Source: Sphaerodactylus townsendi (lineage: Eukaryota). From it: 64,000 nt of DNA. Each line of letters starts with the position of its first letter. Position 1 is the stretch's first letter. The notes under the pieces were generated by a model. The model was not told the origin of the DNA and did no database searches. It worked only from the letters and a program-made list of their open reading frames with translations. The DNA is taken from NCBI RefSeq assembly GCF_021028975.2, contig NC_059439.1:19902001-19966000 (forward strand), read 5' to 3'. Of the stretch, positions 48,602-61,578 are shown piece by piece. The position numbers and the translations under genes are program-made.

Positions 48602-49546
48602 ATGGCAAATCAAACGGCCGTGAGAGAATTTGTCTTCTTGGGGTTCTCCCATTTCCCCGAGCCCCATGCTCTGTTCTTCGTCTTGTTCCTGACCATGTAC
48701 GTCACCACCTTGTTTGGAAACGGCCTCATCCTGGCTACGGCTTTTCTGGATTCCAGCTTCCACACGCCCATGTACTACTTCATTCGGCATCTCTCCTTCC
48801 TGGACATGTGCTACACCTCGGTCACTCTGCCCCACGTGCTGAAAAACTTGCTGGCCGAGTCAAAGACCATTTCCTTCCAGGGCTGCCTGGTCCAGCTTTA
48901 CTTCCTGGTGGCCTTTGTGGGAGTGGAGTGCCTTCTTCTGGCCGTGATGGCGTACGACCGATACGTCGCCATCTGCCATCCCCTCACGTACACCCTCCTC
49001 ATGAACCGAACGCTATGCGCCCAGTTGGTGGGAGCCTCGTGGGCCTGCGGCCTCCTCAACTCAGTGCTGCACACAGCCATGACCTCTCTTGTGCCCTTCT
49101 GTGCCTCTCACAATCTGGACCATGTGTTCTGCGATGTCCCTCAGCTGCTCAAGCTGTCTTGTGTGGACACTTTCCTCAACCAAATCACATTGCTGGCAGT
49201 AACGCTGCTGCTTGGGGCCAGCCCTTTCTTCTGCATCCTGGTTTCCTACGTCCACATTGCCGCAGCGGTCTTGAGGATCCGCACGTCCCAGGGCCGCCGC
49301 AAAGCCTTCTCCACCTGCGCTTCCCACCTCACGGTAGTCACCTTATTCTACACCACCTGCATGTTTAATTATAACCGGCCCAGTTCAAGTCACCCTGCGT
49401 ATCTCGACACTCTAGCATCTGTGCTTTACAATGTGGTGACCCCAATGTTGAACCCCATCATTTATTGCCTGAGGAACAAAGAAATGAAGGAGGCTCTCAA
49501 ACGAGCGTTCAGACCCAAACAGTCACTGTCCCTGTGGCTCCAGTAG
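48602..49546 (+). CDS. Olfactory receptor, OR5V1-like, intact (314 aa from MANQT)
   Basis: HTPMYYF, MAYDRYVAICHPL.Y, HVFCD.PQLLKLSC, KAFSTCASHLTVV and PMLNPIIYCLRNKE. Splice-acceptor-like ccccattcag about 30 nt upstream of the ATG. Confidence 0.96.
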   Translation: MANQTAVREFVFLGFSHFPEPHALFFVLFLTMYVTTLFGNGLILATAFLDSSFHTPMYYFIRHLSFLDMCYTSVTLPHVLKNLLAESKTISFQGCLVQLYFLVAFVGVECLLLAVMAYDRYVAICHPLTYTLLMNRTLCAQLVGASWACGLLNSVLHTAMTSLVPFCASHNLDHVFCDVPQLLKLSCVDTFLNQITLLAVTLLLGASPFFCILVSYVHIAAAVLRIRTSQGRRKAFSTCASHLTVVTLFYTTCMFNYNRPSSSHPAYLDTLASVLYNVVTPMLNPIIYCLRNKEMKEALKRAFRPKQSLSLWLQ

Positions 49547-49815
49547 TTGACCAAATTCCTAAAATGTCACTGCTGGATAACGTTGTAAATGTGTTACTGG
49601 CACATGCTGAAAACCTTTCCTTAACATTTATTTAAATACACTACTAACACCTCACACTGTTTAAGTTTTGTTCCTACTGGATGTATCCCCTGATCCCCGA
49701 GACATATCAAATCTGATCATATGTTCCTCTTATACTTTTAATCTATTTTATCCTTTGGGCCTTCACACTGATGACCCACCCCACCCCCACACAGGCGCGC
49801 ACACACAAACTTGCA

Positions 49816-49818
<3 letters not shown>

Positions 49819-49867
<49 letters not shown>
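49819..49867. repeat. (CA)n microsatellite
   Basis: Directly visible. Confidence 0.95.
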
Positions 49868-49868
<1 letters not shown>

Positions 49869-50414
49869 CTGTTCTTGCTGTAATCTAAGAATCAAACAGT
49901 CTGTGATGGCAGAACCTACCAATATTTACTCACATGTCGTGTATGGACCTTTTTTTTTATATACAGAAGGTGCAAAAAGAGAGTTGATTTAATTCATTTA
50001 ATTCTGTGTATCTTGTTTTTAAAAGTAGCACTGCCTTGTGCATGGCTCTGTTGTTTCTGTTCTTTCAGCTTGCTGTTGATTTTGTTTCCCTTTATTACTT
50101 AAAATGCTTGTACCCAAATAAAATATTTTGAGGTAGGTCATGATTCCACAGAAACCATGATATTCTATTAATACACAATTTTTTTTAAAAAAAACCCAAC
50201 CATTTGTATTGCAGCTGGTGAGATTGGATTTAGTGTCGCTTGTTTTTCAGACTGTAATTTTGCCATCAAAATCTCCCCGACCTGAAAAGGTGCTTATCAG
50301 TCCAGCCTCCTAGTCCACTTATCCCCAGTGTAACACCTCCGGATGCCCTTGCCATGTCATTCATCACCATAACATCTCTTTCCAATACAATCCTGGCTTT
50401 CCCCCATCTTACTA

Positions 50415-50866
50415 TGTAGGGGTGAGCCCGCGAACCCTGTAGAAAGAGTGCCTGGCATGCCGGTGCCGGCTACGGCCTTCTGGGCGCACACGCTCCCCCA
50501 ACCCCCTCTCCCCCATGAGTCACGGGTCATGAACTGCCTGGCTCGCAGCCACCAGGTGTCCCATACAAAGGGACAAAAGGGCTCTTGCCCTCAGGTGAGG
50601 ATTAGACCCAGACGCGGATGCTTCCTCCCGCACGTAGCAGCCCGATGAGATCATGCGTCACATGATGATCTCCCGGTCTCCCGGTCTCCTGCCTGCCCGA
50701 CCCCTTTACACGCCCCCATTGAAACCCTAATAAAAGGTGTGAGGGGCGAGCACACGGCAGAGTTGCCAGGATCACGGGATCCCGCGCTTCCTGCTGCTGG
50801 CACTCTCCACCAGATGAAATCTCTGCGTCTCGTCTCTTCCTTGGGGCCTCGTGGGTCAAGACTACA
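50415..50866 (+). mobile_element. Solo LTR (452 bp)
   Basis: TGTAG...CTACA termini; 5-bp TSD tacta; AATAAA near 50729; CpGs preserved. Confidence 0.88.
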
Positions 50867-51245
50867 TACTAGATAAGGAAGAAGAGCCCAGGAGACTCCT
50901 TTTGTACAAAGGGACTACTTGCCTAAAAATGGCTACTACATATTGGGTGGACATCTTATTTGGAGTCTTCAGAAGTCTCTGATTGGCCCCTGCCTAGAAT
51001 TACCAATGGTGGCTTGAGAAATCCCAGGAAATTTGGACCCAGTACTTGGGGTGGGTGAGCGGTAGCTCAGTGGAGATACAATGCAACCAAGTCCCAAGCT
51101 ACCATTTCCTTCAGTGGAACAGAACTCTGTAGTCTGGACATCAGTTGGAAGTCCAAGAGAACTCCAGACAACTTTGCCTCTTTCCCAGGGCAGCCATTCT
51201 GTGGTTAGCTGAACCTCTTCCTGGCAGCAATTTTATGGTGGCACC

Positions 51246-52146
51246 CAGTGGTGGGATTCAAAAATTTTAGTAACAAATTCCGATGGTGGTGAGATTCAAA
51301 CAGTGGCGTAGCGCCAATGAGGCTGGGTGGGACACGACAGGGGCGTGGCCAGGCATTCCAGGAGCAGGGCATTCCTGGGCAGGGCTGTGGCAAGGACACA
51401 GGGCATGCACGCCCCAGGTGCAGTTCCCCTTAGCCTCGCCTCTAGATTCAAATAATGTCTGTCTAATGTGTTAAAAAAGCAATATACTGAAAGGTAGTGT
51501 ATTATTTCTTTTTAATATAATTACATTGATTGATTTTAAATAATAACATAAGTAAGGAGAGAAACCAAAAACTGTTTACAATTGTTAACACATTACAAAC
51601 ATATCTAATTGTTTATCTCTCTCAACCCCTCCTACTAAAACATCCTATATTGCCTCCCTCCTTCCCATATTTCCCTCTCTCCCTCCTTTCTACTTCCCCT
51701 TCTGATTCCCATAACTACTTTATCTATTCCACTTGAAAGAAAACTAAGAGAGGGAGAGATCCAAAATCCTTAATCTAAAAGAGTGGTTTAAACTCCTCTC
51801 TTTCCAATATAAATTTCAAGGGAAAAAAAGAAAATGAAAAATCTTTACCTGTAATACTTTCCCAACCTTTATACCAATGAACAAAAAAAATAGAATTACT
51901 ATATATTGTATTATTTCATACAGTTCATACACACGTGGGGGGGTGCCACAGGGGGCAGGGGGAGCCGCAGGGGGCCCTGGGGGGTGATTTTGCATCTCCC
52001 ACTTGACGAGATTTGTTGTACCCAGGGACAGAGATTACCCCCTTGTCCCTAGTGGAGTTAATCATTAATAACCGGTTCTCCGAACTGAGAAAATTTTAGT
52101 AACCAGTTCTACCGAATAGGTGCGAATAGGCTGCATCCCACCTCTG
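51246..52146 (-). mobile_element. hAT-type element (CAGTGGTGGGAT family) with a heterologous AT-rich interior
   Basis: TSD gtggcacc/gtggtacc; termini CAGTGGTGGGAT / ATCCCACCTCTG. Confidence 0.75.
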
Positions 52147-52635
52147 GTGGTACCCACTACTCAAAACGACTGCAAAAAACCACCGATCAAACAGGTTGGC
52201 GTCCCATCACCCTACTCCAACTCCCTGCCCAGGAGGGCATTTTGATCCAACCACACCTAACCACACAGCACTATCTCAAAAAATACCAGTGTGTGCTACA
52301 GCTGGAGCGAGTCTTTGGGGAATTTCTTCATCTTCTTGAGGGGAGGGAAGATTTTTGTGTCCCATCTTCCTACTAATGGAGAAACCTCTGCCCTGGAGAA
52401 AATTCCCAGAAAAAAAGGTCACTCAACTGCAAGGGAAACAGAATGACAAAAGAGACATCTTTCACTTTTGGGGGTGGATTGGGACACTGAAGATGGCTCC
52501 TCCAAACCCAGGTCTCAACCTGAGCACGCACTGTCAGAAAATACATGGTGCATGTGCCTCAGTTGAGACGACGGGGCGGGGAAAGCTTGGGGAAGCAATG
52601 AGAAGCTTGCTGCCAATCAACATGAAAGTATAGGC

Positions 52636-53113
52636 CAGTGATGGTGAACCTTTTCGAGACCGAGTGCCCAAATTGCAACCCAAACCCCAGTTATTTATCG
52701 CAAAGTGCCAACACGGCAATTTAACCTGAATGCTGAGGTTTTGGTTTAGAAAAAACTGGTTGGCTCCCTCTTCCTCCGCCCCACCCGCTCGAGCAGGGGC
52801 CAGCCTGCTCTAGTCTCCAGCAAATCCTGTGTGCACCGCTCTGTGCCTCTCTAGCATCTCTGCTTCCTCTGCGCCCCCCCCCCCTCGGGCAGAAGCCACC
52901 CGGAGCACGGGCACCAGGCCCGCCAGCCAAGTCCTTCCTGGTCACCACGGTGTGCGCATGTCGTGCTCAGTGGCCCAGGCCAGCCTAGATGTGTGTGTGT
53001 GGGGTGTGTGTGTGATTTTCTGCCCCCCACATGACAAACTCTGTGTGTGCGTGCCCACAGAGAGGACTCTGAGTGCCACCTCTGGCACCCGTGCCATGGG
53101 TTCGCCATCACTG
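52636..53113 (+). mobile_element. hAT-type MITE (CAGTGATGG family)
   Basis: Perfect TSD gtataggc; homologous to 15027-15500. Confidence 0.9.
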
Positions 53114-54510
53114 GTATAGGCAATCCTTCAGCTGTTAAAAAAACACCAAACAAACCTCTTTTCTCCCAAACTCTGGCACACAAATCCCTCCACATTTTCT
53201 TAGCAATGCATCCAGGGTGTTTCAGCTTCAATGTTGTTCTCTAGCACCTCAAATGTCTGCCAGGATCAGAAATGTCTGCCAGGATCAGGTTCAGCCTTTC
53301 CAAATTAAAGAAACACCTCACATTTTTTCCAGTGACAGGAGAGGTTTTCAGGCCAACAGCAGAAGTCACTGGGTTGGATCCAAACAGCTTTCCCGCTGGT
53401 GAAAAAGAGAGACAATCCCCAGAAGACTATGTTGGGGATCTTGGCACTGAGGTGATAGAAAGAAGCAAATTGGGTGAGGCTGGGTAAAAAGGTTGGCCAG
53501 ATTTCACTCAGGCCCCTTCCGCACACGCAGAATAATGCACTTTCAATCTACTTTCACAATTGTTTGCAAGCGGCAAAATCCAGCTGCAAAGTGCATTGAA
53601 GTGCATTATTCTTCATGTGCGGAAGGGGCCTAGCATTTGCTAAGTGAAGTTTCCTCACGCTTTCTCCTCACAGGAAATAGTACCCATACAAGTGCACTTT
53701 CCCATATGTAGGCCAGAAAGTGCAGCTTGAGCATTATCTCCTGCAAATGTGTGGAGAATCCAAACTTCCTTCAATTTCAGAACTTATTCTCTCCAGGGCA
53801 CACAGATCTCAAAGACAGAAATTACCTTGCAAGCATTTGGGGGCAGTTCTGGAACAAAGTTCTCTCAAACTTGCAATTCTTCCTCAACGTTTCACAAAAT
53901 ATCGGCTGGAGTTTTCTTCCCAAAAGCCTCATTCTAACCAGCAGCACTTTCTCAAGAAATCACAGAGAGTGCTGCAGTTAGAACGGGACTTTCCAGGAAT
54001 ATCTTGCCATGTTCGAGAAAAGGTAGAATTTCATATTTCATATTTCAGAATTTCATATCCACAGAACACCTGTTAACAAGACAGGGATGGATCCAGCCAA
54101 CTTTTCCATTGGAGGGATTCCCCTTTAGCCACTAAAAAAGGTGTGCCGGGGATCAAAACCTAGCAAATAAAGGAAAGAACCTAGAAGATAAAGGAAAGAA
54201 CTGAGCAAAATTTAGTGAAGAAAGGTGACTGGATGCAATGTGTTTTTTAAAAAAGAATTACCATGCATGGGCAACGTAGAGCCAGTCATTCTTTCTCAGT
54301 CGAATCTACCTCGCAGGGTTGCTGTTATGAGGATAATAACAGAGGATGGAGGGAAAATGTTGTAAGCCACTTCAGGAGAAAAAAACCAACTGATCTCCAG
54401 ACAATAGAGGTGAATTCCTTAGGAGAAAATGGCTACTTTGAAGGGTGAATTCTATGGCATTTATAGAGTCATAGGCTCATTCCGCACATGCAGAATAATG
54501 CACTTTCAAA

Positions 54511-54648
54511 NNNNNNNNNNNNNNNNNNNNNNNNNNNNNNNNNNNNNNNNNNNNNNNNNNNNNNNNNNNNNNNNNNNNNNNNNNNNNNNNNNNNNNNNNN
54601 NNNNNNNNNNNNNNNNNNNNNNNNNNNNNNNNNNNNNNNNNNNNNNNN
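54511..54648. other. Assembly gap
   Basis: Run of N. Confidence 1.
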
Positions 54649-55887
54649 CCCCTTTCTCTCCTGCAGGAGACTCAAAGGGGCTTACAATCTCCTTGCCCGC
54701 ACCCACCTCACAAGCAAACCTACCCTGTGAGGTGGATGGGGCACAGAGCTCCGAATCAAAACTAGCCATTCCTCCGACTGGAGCTGTGTAGGAGTGTACA
54801 GTAATCTGAGCTCTAGATAGGACCTCCTACGTTGACTCGAGCTGCTCCTAGAGTATGCTTGAAGATAGCAAAATCCAGTTCCTGTAGATTAGGAATACAC
54901 GAGCTCTTAACCTCCCTACACCACTGCCTGCTCCTGCCAATGTCGTGAATAGCAAAATCACTGTCTTGAATCCCAAAATCTGTCACTGTCTTGGGAATAG
55001 CAAAATCCACTGTGAAGCTGTGCAGAATAGCAAAATCCACTTGCAAACAGTTGTGAAAGTGGTTTGAAAACGCATTATTTTGCATGTGTGGAAGGGGCCA
55101 TAGAACCACAGAGTTGGAAGGGGCCAAACAGGCTATCTAGCCCAAACCCCCCCCACCCCCGGCAGGATCAGCGTAGAACATCCCTGGCAAATGTTTGTCC
55201 AGCCACTGCTTAAAGACTGCCAATGGGGGGGGGGGGGGGAGCTCATCATCTTCCTGGTCCCTTCCACACATGCAGAATAATGCACCTTTAATCCATTTTT
55301 ACAACTGTTTGCAAGTGGATTTTGCTATTCTGCACAGTAAAATCCAGCTGCAAAGTGCATTGAAGTGCATTCTTCTGCATGTGTGGAAGGGGCCCCTAAG
55401 TAGCCAATTCCACAGCTGACCAACTCTTACACTGGTTTTTTTTCCTGCTATGCAACCAATACCCTTCTGCTGTGATTTAAACCCATTACTATGAGTCCTA
55501 TCTCCTGCTGCTGGTAAAAAATACCCCTTATTTAGTTCAAGGACGTTGTCACGAGATTTTCCATGACGCTTGATTTTTATGTAACCCATGCCATTTTAAT
55601 ATTTGGTTTTTTAATGTTTGGATTTGAGGGTTTAAGGAACAAGAGTTTCCTGAGCATGTTCAGTTGGTAAATTTGCTCACATATTATCAACTGCAAAGGC
55701 CCTACCGCCCCGAGTCAATCCAGTTTGCAGAAGGAGAGGGAAAGGCCAGAGCTTGACTGAGAATTGATCAGTTCCTTGGATCCTTGGAGGCCCAAGCTGA
55801 AGAAAGACTTGCAGCAGCCACAGCTGTCCCAAAAGAGCAGTTCTGATAGATATTTTGGACTCCCCTCTCCTTATAATAATAATAACA

Positions 55888-55955
<68 letters not shown>
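55888..55955. repeat. (ATT)n microsatellite at an L2 tail
   Basis: Directly visible. Confidence 0.95.
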
Positions 55956-55956
<1 letters not shown>

Positions 55957-56806
55957 TATTACTCTTATATACCGCCCTCCCCCAGAGGGCTCAGGGCGGT
56001 GCACACAAAATAACAGATAGAGCACAGTTTAAAACAACCATAAATAATTACTGGGTCCTGTTGGTATCTGTTATTGTTCTGAGTGCCTTTTCTGAAGGGC
56101 ACTGAATATTCTGTATATCTGAGTTCTGCTACATTCATAGCCACTATGATTTAGGTTTAACTGTTGTAAAGTCGTTGTGTTCATATTAAATGTGTGTTAC
56201 TCTGTCGAAGCAATTTCACATTCGTTTGGCAAGCCACGAGGGGCTGTCACTTTATTGATTTTAAATCCTCCCCCCCTCCACCATCCAAGTCTCCGATAGA
56301 GATTTATGTAGCCAGGGACCTGCTAGGTTATTTACACATTCAGTGTTGGCCTCTGTGGAGAAAACTCAGCTTGTTCAGGTGGAAGGAGTCAACGGAGAGG
56401 TCCCCGCATGACCTGAACCTCAACCTAAGCATACACCAGTCACAAATACAAGGCGCATGGCTCAGTTGGGGCCAAAGGCTAAGGAAGGTCTTTGGAGAAG
56501 CAAGAGAAAGGTTGAAACCCATCCAGGCTGAGGTAAACAAAGAAAATCTTGTTGCTTTTAGCAAGGGCAAGGGCATCCACACTAGCTGCACTATCCCATT
56601 TGTAACACAGAAAGTGACACGTGGTGAAGCACCATTCTCTCCCTCAAGAATCATGTCTCTTTCCTCCAGCACATTTCCTCCAGCACGGTGGTTTATTCCA
56701 GTCGTCCCCATCCCAAGCAGGCAGCACTATCTCAAGATACCAGAGAATGCTACAATTTAGGACAGGTCTGTCAGGAATTTCTGAGCACCTTTGAGGTAAA
56801 TGAGAC

Positions 56807-57343
56807 TGTAACCTCTGCTTGTGGGTTCTGTGGGGCAGAACTTGGAAGGAGTTTGCAACAACTAAATTTTAAAAAAAGGTTTACTTTTCCTTAACATATG
56901 ACACTTATCAAACATTAACATTTAATATCACACTTCAAGGTCCTGTTCAAGTTTCATTCCAAGTCCTTCTAATTACAGTCTGGTAATGCCAAGTCCATGT
57001 CTTCCTGCTGGTGGTTGGCCCATGAAGACTCCAGAGGCTTGGTGAACTGGATTCAAGATGATGAAGGTCCCCAAAAGAACTCTCACCAATGACATACACA
57101 AAAAGCCCTGAACAATACATTCTAACATTTACAATATGGCGAAATAAACAACCCCTTTCCCACTAGTTCCCAACAACATTGCAATTACCTTAAACAAAGT
57201 GTTAAGAGCAGATAAACAAATCAGTTAAGGAGGTCCCAGCCTGGTAGCCTTGCTTCCTCCAACTATATGAGTTTTTGCAGCCTCCTGATGTTTTCAGTCT
57301 CCACCCCATTTTGAGTCATCCCATTCTGAACATAGGGGTTACA
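56807..57343. mobile_element. Solo LTR (537 bp)
   Basis: TGTAACC...GGTTACA inverted termini; 4-bp TSD agac. Confidence 0.85.
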
Positions 57344-57370
57344 AGACCACCCTCCTTCCACTATCTAAAA

Positions 57371-57516
57371 CAGTGGTTCTCGACCTGGGGGTCACCTAAG
57401 TCTCTCTGCATCAGTGTTCCCCATCTGTAAAATGGATAAATGTTAGGGTTGGGGGTCACCACAACATGAGGAACTGTATTAAAGGGTCGCAGCATTAGGA
57501 AGGTTGAGAACCACTG
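57371..57516 (-). mobile_element. hAT MITE (CAGTGGTTCTC family)
   Basis: Perfect TSD atctaaaa. Confidence 0.85.
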
Positions 57517-58576
57517 ATCTAAAACCACACGTTCTAGATATCACCCCTCCAAAATAATTCCTCTTACCAAGAAAAACTAGGCTTCTGTGCAGTAAGGCCT
57601 TTCCTGGAGATGTCAGCTTTGGATCTGCTGTGTTCCTCCTGCATGAGCATTTTCTGTGCAAACTCACTCTCTTTCTGTTCCATCCCACAGGATCTCCTCA
57701 GTCTTTCTTTTATTGCCTGCCCGCTGAGTGTGTCACCAAACACACCCTCCCTGGTCCTTTCACTTTGATTGCATCACCAGCTTTATCAAGAGCTCCGAAA
57801 GGGCTTTAGGATCAGCAATCTTTTTGGGATGCAAATTACCCTCTTGGAATGAGAAGGACCAACTGAAACCGATCAGTGAGGAAAAAAAGTCCCCATGGAC
57901 AAAGTTTGTCTCATGGTCCGTTTGATGCAATTATCTTAAAAGAAGGCAATGATCCATTTCCCTTCCTTTCGAAGCTGGTTCTTCTTTGGATTAGATCAGA
58001 CGGTGATTCAACAGCACCAAAGTGTCAGAAATGATCCATGCGAGCCACAAGAATTCAAGAGATGCAGGGAGATGCTTCCCAGATATTAGAAGATCATTTT
58101 CTTGAAAATATCGCCGTTCTAATTTAAAATGATACTTCCTCAATTGTCTTAAGCCTATGAAGATGTCATAACCAATCAGCAATTCAGAATGACTCCCAAA
58201 AAGGTCCCAACGCACCCCAACCAATGAGATTAGATCCATCCATAGTTGGAATGCCCCTGATTGGAACTGATTAAATGGGTGAATTAAGTTTATGTTTCTC
58301 TGTAGTGAAGAGATGCTTGAATTTTTCACTTTGGGAATTTGGTTTCATTATTCGGAGCTGATTTTCCGGTTTGGGATCGATGACCAGAGCTTTCAGGTAG
58401 AGTGCAGTACAAATGTTGGATTAAGAAATTTGTGCCCTTCTCTTTCAAAACAAAATGTCTTATTCCCCCCCCCCCCCCGCCCCATAGATTATTGAACAAA
58501 CGACATGGCGTTATATATTTCTGCAGCAATAAATTAGCACATTTAAACAGAATCAAGTCAAAGTAACTATATCGTA

Positions 58577-59579
58577 CAGTGGTGGGATCCAAAAATTTTA
58601 GTAACAGGTTCCCATGGTGGTGGGATTCAAACAGTGGCGTAGCGCCAATGGGTGGGGCATGACGGGGGCATGGCCGGGGATTCCAGGAGTAGGGCAGGGC
58701 ATTAATAATTTCTGTTACTGTAAAAAACTCTTACTGTAAAAAAAAGTTCCTAATTTCCAGCTGGTATCTTTCTGTCCATAATTTAAACTCATTATAGCAA
58801 GTCCTATTGCCTATTGCCAACAGAAACAACTACTTCTCCTCTAATTGACTGCCTGTCAAATACTTAATACTTTCAAATACTTAATTTTGTTTCTAGAAAT
58901 CAAAAGAAGGATACTTTCCTTAAACAAGGAACTTTACCATATTTCTAAAACATCTTTTTAAAACAGCCCAACAGGGAGAATTATCCCGTTTTCTACCTTC
59001 GCTAACCAGCCACATAGGAAACAGCAGGACTTTATTATTTTTGGACCAAATGGAATTTCTAACGGAAAATCAGACCCAATTAGTAACCCCCTCTCGGCAC
59101 ACACAAATAATTAGTAACCCACTCTCGGGAACCGGTGAGAACCTGCTGGATCCCACCTCTGCTTAGGTCCCTTCTGCACATTGTGGGACAGGAGATTAGG
59201 ACTGAAAACTATATTTGATAAAGAACCACTATTTAATCAAAATGGGTTTTTCTCTCTTTCAGACCAACTGGTCATGAAAGAAAGGTAATATCACTAAGGG
59301 CCAGAGCCATGACAGAGAGTACATCTCATACACCTTTTAGGGCTAACCAGCTAGATAAGATGGGGTACGTGAATAAACACAGAAATGAAGAGATCAAAGG
59401 TTAGAATAGAGATGAATCTGATCAGATAATTGAAAATGTGTTTTTCTATATTTTAATGCACACTGAAATGATAGTGAAATATATGAAAAGTACCCAATTA
59501 GTAACCCCCTCTTGGCACACACAAATAATTAGTAACCCAGTCTCGGGAACTGGTGAGAACCTGCTGGATCCCACCTCTC
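58577..59579 (-). mobile_element. Composite hAT element with a duplicated terminus and a captured LTR fragment
   Basis: Perfect TSD atatcgta at 58569-58576 and 59580-59587. Inner terminus ends at 59161; second terminus at 59492-59579. Confidence 0.82.
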
Positions 59580-60946
59580 ATATCGTAAGAGAAACAGAGT
59601 GTCCGACAAGGATCTGAGAGGACCAAGTTCGAATTCCCACTCTGCATTAGAACCTTGCTGGGTGGGTGACCTTGGACTAGTCTCAGCTTAACTTCCTGTG
59701 CATGATCATTGTGAGACTAAAATGGAGGAAGAGAGAATGGTATATCTCACTTGGGGTCAACATTGAGGAGGAATGCAGGGGATAAATATGAAGCAGTAAG
59801 TACTTCTTGGTGGCAATGCTTACAAATATTAGTATTTACATGCAGATTTCATGGCAGTAGTTAAACCAAAGTCCACATAACTAAGAAAAAAAACACCCTT
59901 TAAAACATTTTCATGTCACTTTCAATGCTCTACGAGAAGAGGCTTTATTTGTTTTTCTTAGTTTGTTGGCTGCCTCGCCACTGAAAATGTCACGATTGTA
60001 ACAGTCTACCAAACGAAAACGTGACCTCAGCAATGGCAACAGCCACTGCAGAAAAAGAACATCTTAAATCACTTTCAGAGTACTATGAGCAAGAAACAAT
60101 TTGAAGGACAATGCAGAAAAAGATAACAGATGGTGAAATCCACAGACTCCAGCCAAACGTCCAGCAACTAAGACTCAATTAGGAAGAGCCAGACAGTTTG
60201 TTGGGCATAACTGTATCCCACAACTCCGGGGGGCCATTACAAAGAAGATCCACCCCTGCCTTGAGACGCCAGATGAAGGTATACAAAGCAGGGTCTCTGT
60301 TGCTGATCCCAAATGCCGGCATATTCTTATGGGAACAAATCCAGGTCCACTTCAGTCCTTTTCCTTCCAGACAAACTCTCTAGACTTATCCACATTTTAA
60401 AAGATCTATTTGTACAGTCAGTGAGGTAATTTGTTTCCTTAGGGAGAATATTTTGCTCTGAAGGACAACAGTCACAGAAATAAATAACAAGGAATGTCTA
60501 CAGAGACCTCAGCAAGCGATTATATGTTCTCTTCCTTGACGGGGGCATCAGTTTCACTTCTGAACTGGATGAGAAAAGAATTCCTTCCGTATATCAGGTA
60601 TATTACAGTTGTAACTAGATGACTATGAATATCTGACTTTATCTTCTGGGGATCTGTGCAATTTATTTATCTTTATTTACATCCACCGAATATGACAGAT
60701 GATGGGTTTGTGGTGCTGAAAACAACAAGCAGTGTGACCCCATGCGTGTTTATTCATAAGTTAGCCCCACTGTGAAGAATGTAGACACTCTACACCCCAG
60801 ATACTGTGGACAGGAGTACAAAATTAAATCTCGTTCACAGAAGAATGGGACCTGAATCTACCAAAAAGAGCCAATGGGGTACAAACTTCAGGAGACCTGG
60901 CGAACAAAGTAAGCTTCTGGACGATACCTGCAACCCCGCTCTTTTA

Positions 60947-61280
60947 GCAGTGGCGTAGGAGGTTAAGAGCTCGTGTATCTAATCAGCAGTGGCGTAGGAG
61001 GTTAAGAGCTCATGTATCTAATCTGGAGGAACCGGGTTTGATTCCCAGCCTTGCCGCCCGAGCTGTGGGGGCTTATCTGGGGAATTCAGATTAGCCTGTA
61101 CACTCCCACACACGCCAGCTGGGTGACCTTGGGCTAGTCGCAGCTTCTCGGAGCTCTCTCATCCCCACCCACCTCACAGGGTGTTTGCTGTGAGGGGGAA
61201 AGGGCAAGGAGATTGTAAGCCCCTTTGAGTCTCCTGCAGGAGAGAAAGGGGGGATATAAATCCAAACTCTTCTTCTTCTT
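60947..61280 (+). mobile_element. Squam3-like SINE with a duplicated 38-bp 5' head
   Basis: agcagtggcgtaggaggttaagagctc.tgtatctaatc occurs twice in tandem. Confidence 0.82.
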
Positions 61281-61578
61281 TAGTCAAACATCTTGCATAC
61301 GCTTTGAATGTAGGGCGAGAAGGACTTATTTATCTGGGTTGCACATGGGTTCTTGGCATTTTTGTAGAGAAATAAAAGCCATTTATTTGGGGATATTTGG
61401 TGGTAGAAATTGCCGTCACGTTACAGCCAGCTAATGGTGACACTGTAGGGTTTTCGAGGCGAGAGTTATTGAGAGGTTGTTTGCCTTTGCCTGCCTTCTG
61501 TGTAGCAACCCTGAATGTCTTTGGTGGTCTCTCCCATCCAAACCTTAACCAGGACCAATCATTCCTTAACCAGGACCA

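Noticed and set aside
53720-54076. 118-aa ORF with a nearby acceptor and donor
   Set aside because: No recognisable domain and no partner exons.
56194-56760. 188-aa plus-strand and 123-aa minus-strand ORFs
   Set aside because: No recognisable motif or splice support.
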